From Trichosphaerium sp. ATCC 40318 (lineage: Eukaryota; Protista; Tubulinea), in the NCBI GenBank assembly GCA_038496445.1, contig JALMLS010000056.1, positions 248,001-312,000 on the forward strand: DNA of 64,000 nucleotides, read 5' to 3'. Numbering within the stretch: position 1 is the stretch's first letter; each line of letters begins with the position of its first letter. Both the position numbers and the translations under genes were made by a program. This document shows, in pieces, positions 47,687 to 61,300 of this stretch. The notes below the pieces were generated by a model that had not been told where the DNA came from, searched no databases, and was given only the letters and a program-made list of their open reading frames with translations.

Positions 47687-50600
47687 ATGCGCTTCACATT
47701 GCTTCTCATTGTATTGTCGACTTTACTACTTTATGCTATGGCTCACACGGAAGAAGTGTGCGGCGCAGCAAGCCAGTCAGAAAACGCCATCTGCTTTAAT
47801 ACAGCAAGGTAAGAAGAACTGTTTACTCTGTTCATTAAATGTTGCCACAGTACTTCAGATCTATTTGATAGAAGCCGTATTGTAGCGCGCATTTCAACGA
47901 GTCAAGGATGTGGATGTACTGGTTGGCTCATAGGAGCTGATGGGCACTTCATTACGAATCACCATTGTTGGTCTTCAGTAAATTGCAAAGGGTTCGTTTA
48001 TACTATTTCTTCGTTGTATAGTAGTCATAGTTTCATAGGTCAGCAGCAACCAACGCAGATGTAGCCGCCGCTACCTACCAATTCAATTGTCACCAACCAA
48101 CTTGTGGTAGTGTCAATCTAGCAGGTTCTAATCCACCTGCTTGTACTCTGTGGGGAGCCGCAGGCGCGACGGTATGCCTTAAATTTTACGTTCATTTCTA
48201 TTCATTGACATTACCATTTAGATAATTGATCAAGATGCCGGTCTAGATTACGTTCTAATAAACCTTCCTGGAAACGCCGCTCAAAATTACAACGGACAAC
48301 TCATTGCGACAAATGCAAACGCTGGAGAAGTATGTAAAAAGACAAGCAAAGTGTAGTATTAATCACAGTTCTTAGCAAATCTTTATTTCTCAGCATCCAG
48401 CTCGTCGCGCAAGAGAGATTTCAAACGTCAATGATGCCAATAATAGATGTAGTATTCAATCTACAAATCAAGTCAATGTCATGGGTGGTGGTGCTACAAT
48501 GTACATCAGTACCAGATTTCCACATCTAACTGTTTTTAGTGGTTATGATTGTGACACTGAGGGCGGAAGTTCTGGCTCTCCAGTTGTGAGGAGAACAGAC
48601 TGGGTACACATCTAGAAGTAGGAATTTTTTTTTTAACTACAATAGCGCGCTGTTGCCATACACCATGCTAGATCAAACCCGGCTATTCCGCAATGTTGGA
48701 ACAGAGGTACTCACCATTTTTGGATACAGCTAATAAAATAAGGTGTTCCAATGTGGCGTATAAGAAACCTGCTTGATGGTCGAGGTTTTGATACCACGGG
48801 GTATTTAACTGACGAACCTGGCGGCGCGCACGCTTGGGGTGACCCTCACTATACTACTTTTGATGGAAGAAAGCATCATTTTCAAGGATTGGGCAAATTC
48901 CATCTTGCTATCTCAGAGTACAACAAGTACTATCTTCAATCTAGAACAACAAACAATCCAGCTCTTTGGCCACATGCAACTATCAACCACGAAGTAAGTG
49001 ATTATTTTATTCTCCTTTTTTTCGGTGATTCGCTGTTGTGTTGTTTGTTGTCACGTGACTTTATTTTAGATCGGATTGGGATACGAAATTGATGGAAATG
49101 ATGTTTTCGTTGCAGTAAAGGCTATTAGAGATGGTAGCGTATGTGTTGGATTTGATGTCATTTCTCAGTGTAAAGAGTCGTATGTTCTCAGTTCTTTGGT
49201 ATGAACCCAATAGCTTATTGCTTTCGTTCTAGTTTATTCGATCAGATATACTTTGGCCAGACTATTTCAAGGGTTGTTACAAGAGATGCATTCACAGCAT
49301 CAGTCAGTCAAGCTAATAACAAATACTACGTTACCTTTAGATTTTCCACAGGTACAAGCCAGTCACTTTGGCGTTACGTAACAAGAGTGTAGGCGCAACA
49401 TTGAAAATCTCTGTCAACCATAAAAGCAATGAATGTTGGTTGAATGTTGCTCCTAAGACCCCAGGATCATTTTATGGACGTGTTCAAGGTCTTCTCGGAA
49501 CTTGGGATGATAATAGATTGAACGATTTCACAAAGAAAGGAACATCAACAGTTGTACCTCATGCCGCGTTTGCTGAATCATGTATGATGACTCACCAACT
49601 CCTTTTATTCAATTTTGTTCTGACACTTATTGTTTAGACCGAGTGGAGAGAGGAGAACCAGATGTATTGAGTTGTACACTTGAGACAAAAACATTTATTG
49701 ATCCTACCTTCGAAGGCTTGGTTGGACTGACACTTGACGGAGCGGACCCTAATTGTACAAGTTATGCTTATAAATGCAGAACTTACTTACTGGCTTTTAG
49801 GGGTACGAATTGCCAACCAAGCATGTATTGAGGTTGTAGACGATGAAGATAGAAAAGCGTGCATATTTGATGTGGCTCATACACGCAATGTTGGCTTTGC
49901 TCAACAGGATATTTTAGTAAACAACAGTATGTCACATGATACAAGGCACGGATATTGTTGACCCTGTTTTAGATTGTCCAAATGATTGCAATGGTCATGG
50001 TGCATGTGTCGGAGGTCGGTGTGAGTGCTCTCTTGGATTTACAGGAGACGACTGTAGCGAAAGTACGTTGTTATTCTGCTGCGTTGAATTAATTGTTTTT
50101 ATAGCCAAATGCGAAAACTGCAATACTAAGAATGCCGATTGTATTGGCGGTCGTTGTGTCTGTCATCCAGGATACCTACCGCCTAATTGCGATAAATCTA
50201 TAACAGCATGTAAATTGGACACGTTCGCTAATCTCCCTGAACCTACTGTTTCGTCAATGAGCGTTGATGGAGGTACACAATTGACTTTTCTTTTCGCAAT
50301 GCAAATGACATTTTACTAGGAATTAAGGTGTTTGTTGATGTTCCGTACTTTACTGAGGGGACTACTATCATTGATTTCAAACCGTTCGAAAAACTCACTG
50401 TCCTCTCAACTTGTGCTAATCGTGTGCCTTCAATATCTACAGACGAACATCCTGGAAGCGGAAAAGTACGTTTTTTTTCTGCTTTTTTAACAAGTACTTA
50501 AGTTAGACATAGCGTAAATGGAGGTATGCTCCTGATGCCACCTTCCCAGGTGCCGTCTCAGGTGACTTTTCTGGATACCAATTGCCACAGTACAACCAAA

Positions 50601-51294
50601 AAACCCGTTCTGAATATGTCCTAACGGTTAACAACTAGGCGTTGGAATGTTATTGCAAGGGATTGTCGTTATTTACATTACTCAGCTTTCTTTGATCAAG
50701 AATCGTTGAAAAAATGCGGATTTGATACAAAAGTCTACGTGAGCTACGTGGCCCCTCATGATAACGGCGATGTTGATAAAGGTTTTGATGTGAAGCACTA
50801 TGAGAATGTCCTTGAACGTATGTGAAGACTCTATAATATAACACTATATTTACTATTGCTACAGCCGAGGAACGAGATCCACTTCGACTTTCTTTCCACT
50901 TGAAGCCAAAGGGTATTCTTCAAAAACGCGTACCTGAAACTGCAGCGGATGCTCTTCGTGATGCTGTAGCAAAGGCTTATTCTGTAAGTCCAAACGATGT
51001 ATCACCTACTTGTGTAGATGGAGACTGTCATATTCTCATGGCGACTCCGGTTACTGCTGAATCAGCAAGAGCAACGGAATCTATTGTATCACAACTCAGT
51101 CATCACGGTTTGGAAGCAAGTAGTGGTAAGAATCTATTTTATAGGAAGTCTCGATTTATAACACATTTTTGTTAGAAACAAGCTTCCATACAGTTTCAGG
51201 GAACCATACTGTACAGCAATCAAGTGCAATGACAACCTCTGTTGTTTCGTTAGTGTCTGTTGTAGCCTGGTTTGCCTATTTCTTGTTGTTATAA
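47687..51294 (+). CDS. Secreted/GPI-anchored trypsin-fold serine protease + VWD + EGF-like repeats
   Basis: Signal peptide. Catalytic triad motifs CTGWLIG...FITNHHC, LDYVL and CDTEGGSSGSPV. VWD motifs AWGDPHYTTFDG and GLLGTWD. Tenascin-type EGFs (CPNDCNGHGACVGGRCECSLGFTGDDCS). Hydrophobic C-terminus SSAMTTSVVSLVSVVAWFAYFLLL*. Confidence 0.88.
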
Positions 51295-51415
51295 ACCCTC
51301 AATAAAGCCTACCTTCTAAACTTTCATAGCGCGCTTGTTTTTGGTAGCCAAAAAAAAACTAATCTGAGTTTCTACTACTGACTAAGTCTTTTATTTTCCT
51401 GATCTAATATATATC

Positions 51416-54400
51416 CTATGTTTTTGATGGTTTACATTTTTTAATTGCTTTGAATCCTTTTGGTTTATAACTAATCAGGAATAAGTAAACAACAAAAAAA
51501 ATATCAGATTGTTTCAAATAAAAACTCTGAAGGCCTTTTTGTAAGACGGACCTAAATGGGGTATCTCCAAAATTGAAGATACAATTTTGTGACCTCGCAA
51601 GAGAAAAGGCTGGTGCCAATCCTCCAGGAGGTACCTTAAATCCAACAAACTGTTCGGGTAGATTCTAGTAACACCAAAAATATTAATTTACTATTGCACG
51701 TGTATGTCCTAAATTAGAGGACTATTGTACCCTTCCATTTAATGAGTATCGCATTCTATTTGTACTCTTACTAATGGCAGACTTTCTTAATGAACCTAGT
51801 ACAATAGCACATCCTAATGTCATTCCTTTACCCCATCTTGGTAGGCGCTTGGCTATACAAGTTTAACTAACTTGTTGCAAGCATGATTGTTGCTGTCCGT
51901 ACTTTGTTGTTCAACTTGCTTTTTGCCATCATGCCAATGAACCCTTCTATACAGATCTATGGACCATGAAAACTCGTCATCTCCAACACCGCGACAATGC
52001 TTACCACGTGTTAGAAAACAATGAAAAGGGTTTCTATTTTTCCAAGCCTCTATACCAAGTAATCTAACATGCAATCAGGCGATGCCCATCCGATCTGCAT
52101 TAGTCCATCAGTGCACAAAGTCACTTCATAGTACCATTTCCCTAGATTCAATAAACGTTGGTCTGTCAACTACGACTTATGTACCTGTCGTTATGAAAGA
52201 ACCAAGAATGGCACTTTCTAAATGACAGAACGTATTGCAAATACTTAGACCGTCCTACTCCGTTTATGTATTAGTACTAAAATTTATCATTGTACTCAAC
52301 TGCACAAGTGAGAAGAGCGGGAGTGATGAGGTGTCTTTTTGAAGACGTCAATTCTTTTTTCTTTTTTTTGATAGCGCCTACTCATTTTTGTTAGCAACCA
52401 ACTACCTCTTGGGTAATGTACACGCGCCTTCTATATGTTGTAACACGCATTCTACAATTGAAGCCATACCATACTGTGTATCAATGTCATAAACGTCCAC
52501 TATAAAATTTGATAGCTTAACAAGTTTTTCTTGATGTTGTGAAAGAATAGTCTCTACCGAATGATTAGATATATTGATAACAGTGTCTTAGTACTGTTTC
52601 TTGATAGTACTCCCAGACTGCCAATAATGGAATTTGTAACAATACTCTTCGGAGAGGGCTTAGCATGTTTACAAGCCTCAATAAGTATATCCAACAAAGG
52701 TTGTTGAGAAAAATACGTTGTAGCCTTGGCATCAAATGCTACTGTGTTAACAATACAAACCAATACATCATAGTACTCTGGATTTGCTACTGCCAATTTA
52801 TGAATTGAACTGACACTATCCCACAACGTGTTCACACAATGTTCTAAAATAACGTTAGGTGAGATCTTTTTCTGATAAGGAAAACGTAAGCTTACCGTTG
52901 CCTCGTAGAACCATGGTTACAATACGACATAAGGGTTGTATCTTGCATTTGCTGCAAAGTGTTACGACTTGCTCACATTCAAGAACGTGTTTTATAGTAT
53001 TATATTTGCGTAATGCCTCGTGAAGTGTTGCATCGCCTGTTTATTAAAAAGTAAGTCAAAGCTGGAGCAATTACTTCCACGTGCCTTCCACCTTGTACAA
53101 TAAGGCAAACGTTGTAAGAACTATGTTTCCGCGAGGGAAAGTATTACTGAAACTGTTATTGTTTATATTTTGCAGCACATCAGTAAGCAATTCCACAATA
53201 CCTTCATGTGGTTGAGTTTTTCCTTTATGATCTATTTTACAAAAAAAGTTAACAATGTTGTTTACTCTCGAATTGGTGTACGGGAAGCAGCTCTTATTAT
53301 TGTACTGAGAAAGGACATGGCAGCAAAAAATTCTTTCTTTGTACACGTGAGCTTAACACAACTTTGGAGAGCTTCAAGAGACTCAGTAATCAGAGTATTG
53401 GCAATAGCAGCTATAGTCTGTAGTTAACACTTATTAGCAAAAAGTATTTAGTTCATACCTCTCCCTTCAAGTTTGTAGTGCGATAGCAGATGCTTAATGC
53501 ACCCAAGTAAAGTATGAATTACAACAGGATTGTTTCTATGTCGTTTCAATTGACTAAACAATATCTTGTCTAGATTCATTGAACAAAATGGGCTCTTGCC
53601 TTTTCTTGTTGGTTACTCGTTTTATACACAAAGTTGTTTTGAGGAAGTAATATAAACGAACCTGGTTCTGTAGCTATGGCGCTAAATAGTCTTCCAAGAG
53701 AAACATAAAACTTTGAAAAGTTGTCTTCTGGAAGTGGAGCAAGATTACTGTCAAAGACTTTTTGAGAACATGTCTTCCTGTCTTCAATCTGTGACATCAT
53801 TAACTTTACAACCTTGGGTATTGTATCGTGGGATGATAAAACTAAAAAAAAGTAAGAAAGTGCGACTGGATGTTTTTTTTCTTCTGTACAAGTTAAACTG
53901 TCAAGTTTCTTTTTTTCTGCTGGACGCATATGGTTGAAAAGGTTCAGTCCACTTGCAAGGCTATTGAAACACGCAGTTACAATATCTATATTTCTAGATC
54001 CAGCTGCTTTTCTGTAGTTGTATTTGGCGACTTTGAGAACAGGTTAGTTATTCAACAACAAAAAGAAACCGTACAATCTCCAAATTCTTTATGCCATTTT
54101 GTAAATGTAGAGTTTACATTACAAGATCTGAATCCGTTCTTCAGAATTATTCTTCCAGCATCAAGCTTAAAATCGTTTAAGTATATATATATAAGTTAAG
54201 GGTTTACCTTGCAATGATTGGCGTGAATGCTACAACCTTTATGTACTACAATAGCATACGCTAACATATATTTACAATGTATGACAAACACTGTTGACGC
54301 ACGGCCTGTGACGACTCTACATTCGTCAAGTACAAGTTCTCCTCGATCTACAGCCATCTTTTCAAGGGACATATGCACTAAGTATGCAACTGAATCTGGA

Positions 54401-55242
54401 GTTGAAAGCCGGAGTGTAATAAGACCTGTATAATTTTGCTTGAATACTCGTTTCATTCCTTCTCCGTTTGGATTTTCGCGGAACGATCCGCAACATATAT
54501 GCACTGACTTATTGATTGTCATAGGTGAGAATGTTAAAGCTGTCTGTTATATAAGTATGCGAAGTGAAACAATACTTGCCTCCTTTTCGAGTTGCGCAAA
54601 AAGCAACGTATATGTAGTCCCCGTCACGTGCGTCCTTTAAAGCATCTGGTAATGAGAAAAAAACTCTTCTTCTGGAAGTTACTGATTGATGTGGGTGCGG
54701 TTGTAGTGACGGAGACCATCTGTCTATAGCTTTCTGGTGTTCATCTCTCAAAAAATGGCACACAAGTATGTGCGTTACCTTAAGACTTCATCAACTGTTG
54801 CTAAGCACGTGATACTAATGCACCTTACCATTGTACGGTACAAATATTTTGACTTAAACATGCCCTTGTTAAAGAACCATATACGTTCTTCCATCTCACG
54901 TGCGGTTACTCGTGGCTGGTCAAAATAGTGTCTTAAAAGAAAATGATTAATTTTACATTACATTCGATTTTAAAATCAAACAGAAATTCACGTGTACATT
55001 GTTTGGGGGTTTGAATCGGCAGGTAGATGCTTGAGGTAAGTATCACATGTATACTTCCATAATTCTTCAGTATCAGCTATAGAATGCCACAAACGGCAAC
55101 AACGAGCGCAAGAAATGATAGTTTTGCCATCCATCTCTTTAAAAATCGCTACCTTTACACACTTGCTGTTAGTATGGTTTGAAAAGAGCGACTTCACTAC
55201 CATTAGTTCATGGGGTAATCGAATTGACCTTTTGTCGTCCAT
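51416..55242 (-). CDS. F-box protein with central beta-rich and helical (ARM-like) regions and a C-terminal SPRY domain
   Basis: F-box LPHELM/VAIFKEMD...ARCCRLWHSIADTEELWK. SPRY motifs GKWYYEVTLCTDGLMQIGWA, GVGDDEFSW and PAFSL...FNFGDTPF. The exon at 54030 splices in frame into the 53929 ORF, joining both halves. Confidence 0.72.
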
Positions 55243-55328
55243 TTGCGCGTTGCCCAATTTTAAACAAAATGTGGCAACGCAAGACCCACTTTGACAGCTT
55301 TTTTTAGGTTCTAGCACGCTTTGACACC
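55243..55328. promoter_or_regulatory. Putative very short bidirectional promoter
   Basis: 86 bp between divergent ATGs at 55242 (-) and 55329 (+). Confidence 0.4.
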
Positions 55329-58300
55329 ATGTCCTCGTTGAAGCGGGCCACGTCAGTGCAACCCAGTGGCATTATTACTACGAACAGCACGGTCAATGAG
55401 GATGTTCGGAACATTAAACAGAAAACATTGAGTAAATCACAAGTAATACCCATAAAACGCAATGTTACCAAAGGTTTGATGCGTTCTGAGAGTAGATCGT
55501 ACGTTTTAGTAAAATTATGATTTGTAACGGTCTAAAACAATCTAGAATATCTAAGCGTATGCGCCATGGTAATAGCCGTACTAATTCAGACAAAAGAGTA
55601 ATTGGTACAATAAAAGTACGCAAATTAGAAACGCGTTAAATAAAATCTCACTGATATGCAGAGTGGTGATATTGTACGTATTTACAACCCTGGGGAAGGA
55701 GCTTTTCTAAAAGCAGAGAAGCATGGAGAACTAAGTGAGTTAAAACAAGCGTAAATGCTCTAGCCATTAATGGCATTACGTGTGTAGGCGGAAAACGGTA
55801 TGCTGCAGACACAAAATCGCCACCATCTACAGCATGGGCTGTTAAGTTTATAAAATCGTCCCTAGTAAAATTCAACTTATTGGGTACCGATAAGTACTTA
55901 TCAGCAGCAATTACATCCTCAGCAACAGAAGCACGTAAGTATTTAATTTTGTTTTGAGCAAACCAATTATCTGAATCATATCTCAGCTGTAAACGACTTT
56001 TTGTACGCCTAACTGATTATAAATAGCAGACCAACCACTTGATATACTTCTGACAAATGATGGAGAAGATGTTATATGGCAGTTAGTACCAGTTGACGAA
56101 ACCGCAGAGGCAGAAGGTGTACTACAAGATAAGCTGTACTATATCAAGCATTTCAACACAAAAGTTTTCCTTAATGCACCACAAACATCTTATTTGGCCA
56201 AGCAAATGTTGGTACGTGTCAAGCAGTGTAGTGTATACATATGTTTCGTACGCGTAACAATACGTAGATGTGCGCGAAGCCTACAATAAAAGACGAATCG
56301 TCACAGTTTATTTTCAAAGCACTAAGCCCTGAACACAACACCTTGGCACGACTCATCTACACTGAGATTCTTCCTCTTTTAGAACGTTATAAGAAAAAGG
56401 TACAATAATTAGATATTTTTCAAAAATCACGTGACTGACTTGGCAAATAAAGAGTAATACTGCACAAACTGCGAACGAAATTAAATCCTACTTATCAAGA
56501 GAAGTAATAAAAAAGAGTTTGGTACCTCCTGATCAAGAGTACTTAAATCGTGCTGCTGTACCATGTAAACAAATCCAAAATATTTTGGGTACACCAAAGG
56601 CACGTGTTGTTGAACAACAGATAGCCAATTACATTTGTTCTTTTTTATTTATTTTTTTGTTAGTTGTTCTCGTCTTGGATTTCTTTTATCGATATTGTAC
56701 ATGAACCAGATCTTGCCAATCTCAGTTATCAGTTCTTGAACATATTATGTCAGAATCATCCAAAGAATGGAGCTCTATTACTACCTATGATGGGTCAACT
56801 TGCTGCTCAATTGACAAAATATTCTGATATTGGATGCGCAGAGCTTATTACGACTGTATTCACGAACAACGATGAACTGCTCCGTGAATTATCGCCTACT
56901 GTTATCGATACATTCGTTGATATTATAAAATATGGTAAAAGCTATGGTGTATTTAATATACTTAGTGCAATGTGCACTAGCAATGGGCTACCTATAGCAA
57001 AGAATCAAACAGAAATTTGCAAAAAATTACTCATTGCCAAACCTGAATTATTGATCAAAGCACGTGTGGTATGTACAGCCCTCTTTTTTCGCAAAAGAAT
57101 GTTTCGTGTCTCATCTCGAGTTAGGCTAGTAAAACCTTTGGAACAAAACAGAAGAAAATTGTACTCGTTTCTGTTCGTACAAATCCTAATTCTGCAAGCT
57201 CTGTAAAAGATATGTCCATATCATCGAGAACCTTTTTATACAACCCAGGTACCAAAACCACAAATTCTGACACCCAAAAATTTGTCATCACAACATTCTC
57301 TTCTTGCGTACTAAGTCATTGTAAAGATACTGTGGCTAGCAAGGATTATTACGTTGAGCAATTAATGCTATTCAAACATTTATGTATCGTACGTACAAAG
57401 TAATACCACATAGTATTCGCCCAAGTAATCATAACTCAAAGGGAAATCGTAACACGTATTGTATGAGGACTGTAGAGAATTTTGTACCTTTCGAAGTTGC
57501 TATGCTTTGTGTTGGCGCTACACCAAATACTATACGATTACCAGAGAGATTCCAAACACCTTTTTGTGATATCCTTATTACACATTTGTTGATCGTTATC
57601 CAAATCGTAGTGTGTTAAGATATGATCTATTAATAGCAGCAAACCCAAATTACGTTTTGGATCCTTATGAGGCAATGATTGATAAGACAGGAACACATAT
57701 TGATGTTGGTAATGAAGTAAAAAAGTTTGCTATTGATTATCTCACTAATGAAACAAACTACGCATACCCTACTATCTTTTACGAATCGGTACAATGACAC
57801 ACGTGTTTAGTTTGCGAAACTTAACTTTTTTCAGGTTTTAAAACTGGCACATCAACTTCTTCGTACTGGTTACTTGTTGATAGCTGAGTTCGGTAGCTTG
57901 TTCAAGGCTTTTGATGCAATTCTTTCTCCAAAAGACCACCAGAATGTATTTTCTAAGTATAGATTCGGAGAGCCTTCAAACTGGCGAGAAGTAGAAGCTG
58001 AGATACTCAAGGCACGTTGCTTAATTTCTAACATGAGTTGAGTAAATAGTAACCAATATTGTAGCGTATACATGTTGCAATATGTCATATCAAGGAGACT
58101 TATATTGATATTATGTCACTCAAGACAACGCATACAGCATCTAGTATACTCATTAAGCATATACCAAATACTGGAATAGAAATTGAAACAAGTCAAGATG
58201 CCAAAGAGCGTCTTATAGATTTTTTAGATGACCGTGTTATGAACGATGGAGATCACTATGATGACAGTAAAATGGTCATCAAAAAAGCTCAGGCTGGACT

Positions 58301-61300
58301 CATTGAATACCATGATGAGGAGCTGACTTCTTCAGTGTTTCATCTTTTCGAACAAGCGCCTAGATTCCAATACTCGAATATAGTCAAGAGACTTGATGAC
58401 TTTACTTTTATTGTTACTGATGAAGATCACTCAATATGTACCACAATCGATAAACTCAGCAATGAAGTATTGGAGGTATTAGCTATTATTTCACCAGATA
58501 ACTTGCAATCGAAAGAAAAAAAGGTACGAAAGAGTGAGAAGGGGAGCAAGGGATTTAATATTGAAGCTTTACTTACACACCACTTTTAGGTTAAGGACTG
58601 TGTTGATAGACTTAAAAAGTTCATAAAAGACTATAAAAATAAGAAAAAAGTCCAGGATTTCATGCGTAGTATGGGCGTACATGATGTTATTTTAGAGATG
58701 TTTAGTCTACCTCTACCACGTAATTCTTCTATTTATAAGAAACTATTCTTGTTTCTTCAAGCAGTAAGATATTAACAAAGTGTTTTGGATCATTCTTGAA
58801 AATAACATAAAATTTAGTTTTGTGCTGATAACGCTCGGAATCAAGTACTAGTATTCCAATATATTCATAAGTACCTCCTTGGGTATTTTGGTCATTCGAA
58901 AAATATGATGCAAGATATCAAGCTACTGAGTGCTGCTTTGAAAGGGAACACTTTTATATGCCGTAACATCTCAGATGGCATGATAAAAAAGTACTTTTTT
59001 TTAAACACCATTACTCGCAACGCATTTCTCCGGTGGACCATATATTTAACCAATTTAGATCCTTCCAGATGATGATTTCTACAGAACTGCATCCCGAGTA
59101 TGTAACACTCTTTGATGTACGTAACTCTGGTTTGCCATAAATTACTAAGTTTCACTGTTTAGCATATTATTGCACCAAAGGGTACACCAATAGACAGCAA
59201 TATTTCTCGCCTTCTTCAGTATCTATGGCGATACAGATCCCGTGTACTCCCTATCATAAGTTTGAAGGCACAAGGGAATCTTATTGATGCTCTGTATGTC
59301 TTGCTGATCAATTTAACTAACGAATGACTTATCGATATTCTAGGCGTAAACTACAAACCAATAACATGGCGCACGTTCTGTCTCCTGTCGTAACAAAACA
59401 AAGACGAAAGAAAAAGAGCGGAAAAAAGGAAAATATCTTGTACGCTTCCCAAACAATCCAAAAACTTCTTTTTGCTTATATTTTGTTCTTTCAAGTGGTG
59501 ACGCACCTGTCATCTCATTGGTTGGGATCAATGGCGCTAAAGAGACGCCTATTGCAGAAGAACAACGGCAAGCTTATCACTTGGCAATGGTTGGGCTTTT
59601 GGCTGATTGTTTCAGCAGTACGTTTTGGCGTTAACTTTGTTTGTCACTTTTGTGCTAACAGCGTTTAAGGTGAGGTTGATAAGACTTCACAGCGTCAATT
59701 CATAACACTTCAAGATTGTGTTGATGTCATTGCTGATCCAAGCATTAATTTCAAAGTAAAGGCAGCTTACATGAACTTCGCTACAAAAGTCTATCTCCCA
59801 GAAAGAGAGGATAATGAATACGAAACAATTGTATCGCCAGAAGACGCAATATTGCTATGGAAAATTGTAAAGTCTATTGAAACTATTCTTAGCGTACGTA
59901 TTTTTTTGATCACGTGATTAGCTTGATAATCACTAAGCCGTTTTTGTTGTCTTGTGATTTTTGTATAACCCTTTGTTATTTTAGGATTACGATCATGCAA
60001 AGGCTGTATTGCATCTACCAGACGATATTAGCGGTGAGTTTTTTTAATGTTCTACAGCAGAACTGATGTGTTACAGTGAGTGATCAATCAAGCGGAAAGG
60101 AAGCACGTCGAAGATTGGGTAGAAGTAGAGCTGCTAGTGTTGGGCACATTGGGAGAAGACCTACTATTCTTGTTGATCCAACAAAGAAGTACAAAGAAAA
60201 CCTAGTTGTTGAGTACTTACTTTGTTTGTCAGAAAACCGAAACCTACCATCCACCAAAAGATGGAATATGAATTATTCTACCTTAATGCTGCTCTTCCGT
60301 TCTTAGAGCCTTTTTATAAGCACTATTACAAGATACTAGATGTCGATTAGTACGAAGATGTTTAGTAACTTTTTTTTAAAATTTTGTTCTTTAGTCCAGC
60401 GAAAAAATGCTCGAATGTTGTTGTTGATGTATTGACCGAATTGGCAAATAACGAAGAGCACTCTTTTCTTGATGAACTAGAGATAGAGATTCGTACAGTT
60501 GTTGCAGTTATGAGGGATAATGGAATATTGGGTTACAATGCTTATACGGACGTTAATGTACGTGGAGTGCTCTCATTTGTCACCATTGTAGGAAAAACTA
60601 ACACGTTCTTACAGTCAGCAGAAGAACGACCTGTTCCACTAAGGATCAATAGCTCTGATTTCAATGATAAAACTAGACACATCAACGAACACGTGAAGAA
60701 AAAAGTTAAACCAAATAAGCCAGACAAAAAGTACAACAAACTATTTCCCTTTTTTAACCATGAGATTTCGATACTCATGAAACATTCTTATTAGAGCCAA
60801 ACCTAAGAAAATGACTTACGAAGAACGTTATGAACATATGAAAAAGGTTTTCATGGCTCATAATTTGGAGCATGTCACAGAAATGTTAACAGAAGACCAC
60901 TTTAATATTCTAGTTCAACTAGCACACTCCACAGAGTACGTCTCCATAAGCACATCACCACCTTAACTCTTTGCTAGCTCTGCGTATTGGCAGCTTCAAC
61001 AAAATTGTAGGAAAGCTTTGAGATCCATGATTAGAAAACAAAGAGTACCTCAGCACGTGGACTACAATCACTTGGCTGTATGAAATCTTTCAAAAAAAAA
61101 ATTGCTTTGTAATTAATTATTAATTCTTTGTTGTTCTAGATTGTTGCTCTTGAAGGACTTCGTCACCCTAAATTTATGAAAGAATCATTAAAGCTTATTA
61201 ACACAATGCTTAAACTTGATCTTGTTCACCCAACTCCTGAAAATCTACACCTAAACAAGTACTTTCCTATCATCAACCGTTTCATAGAAAAAAGCATTAG

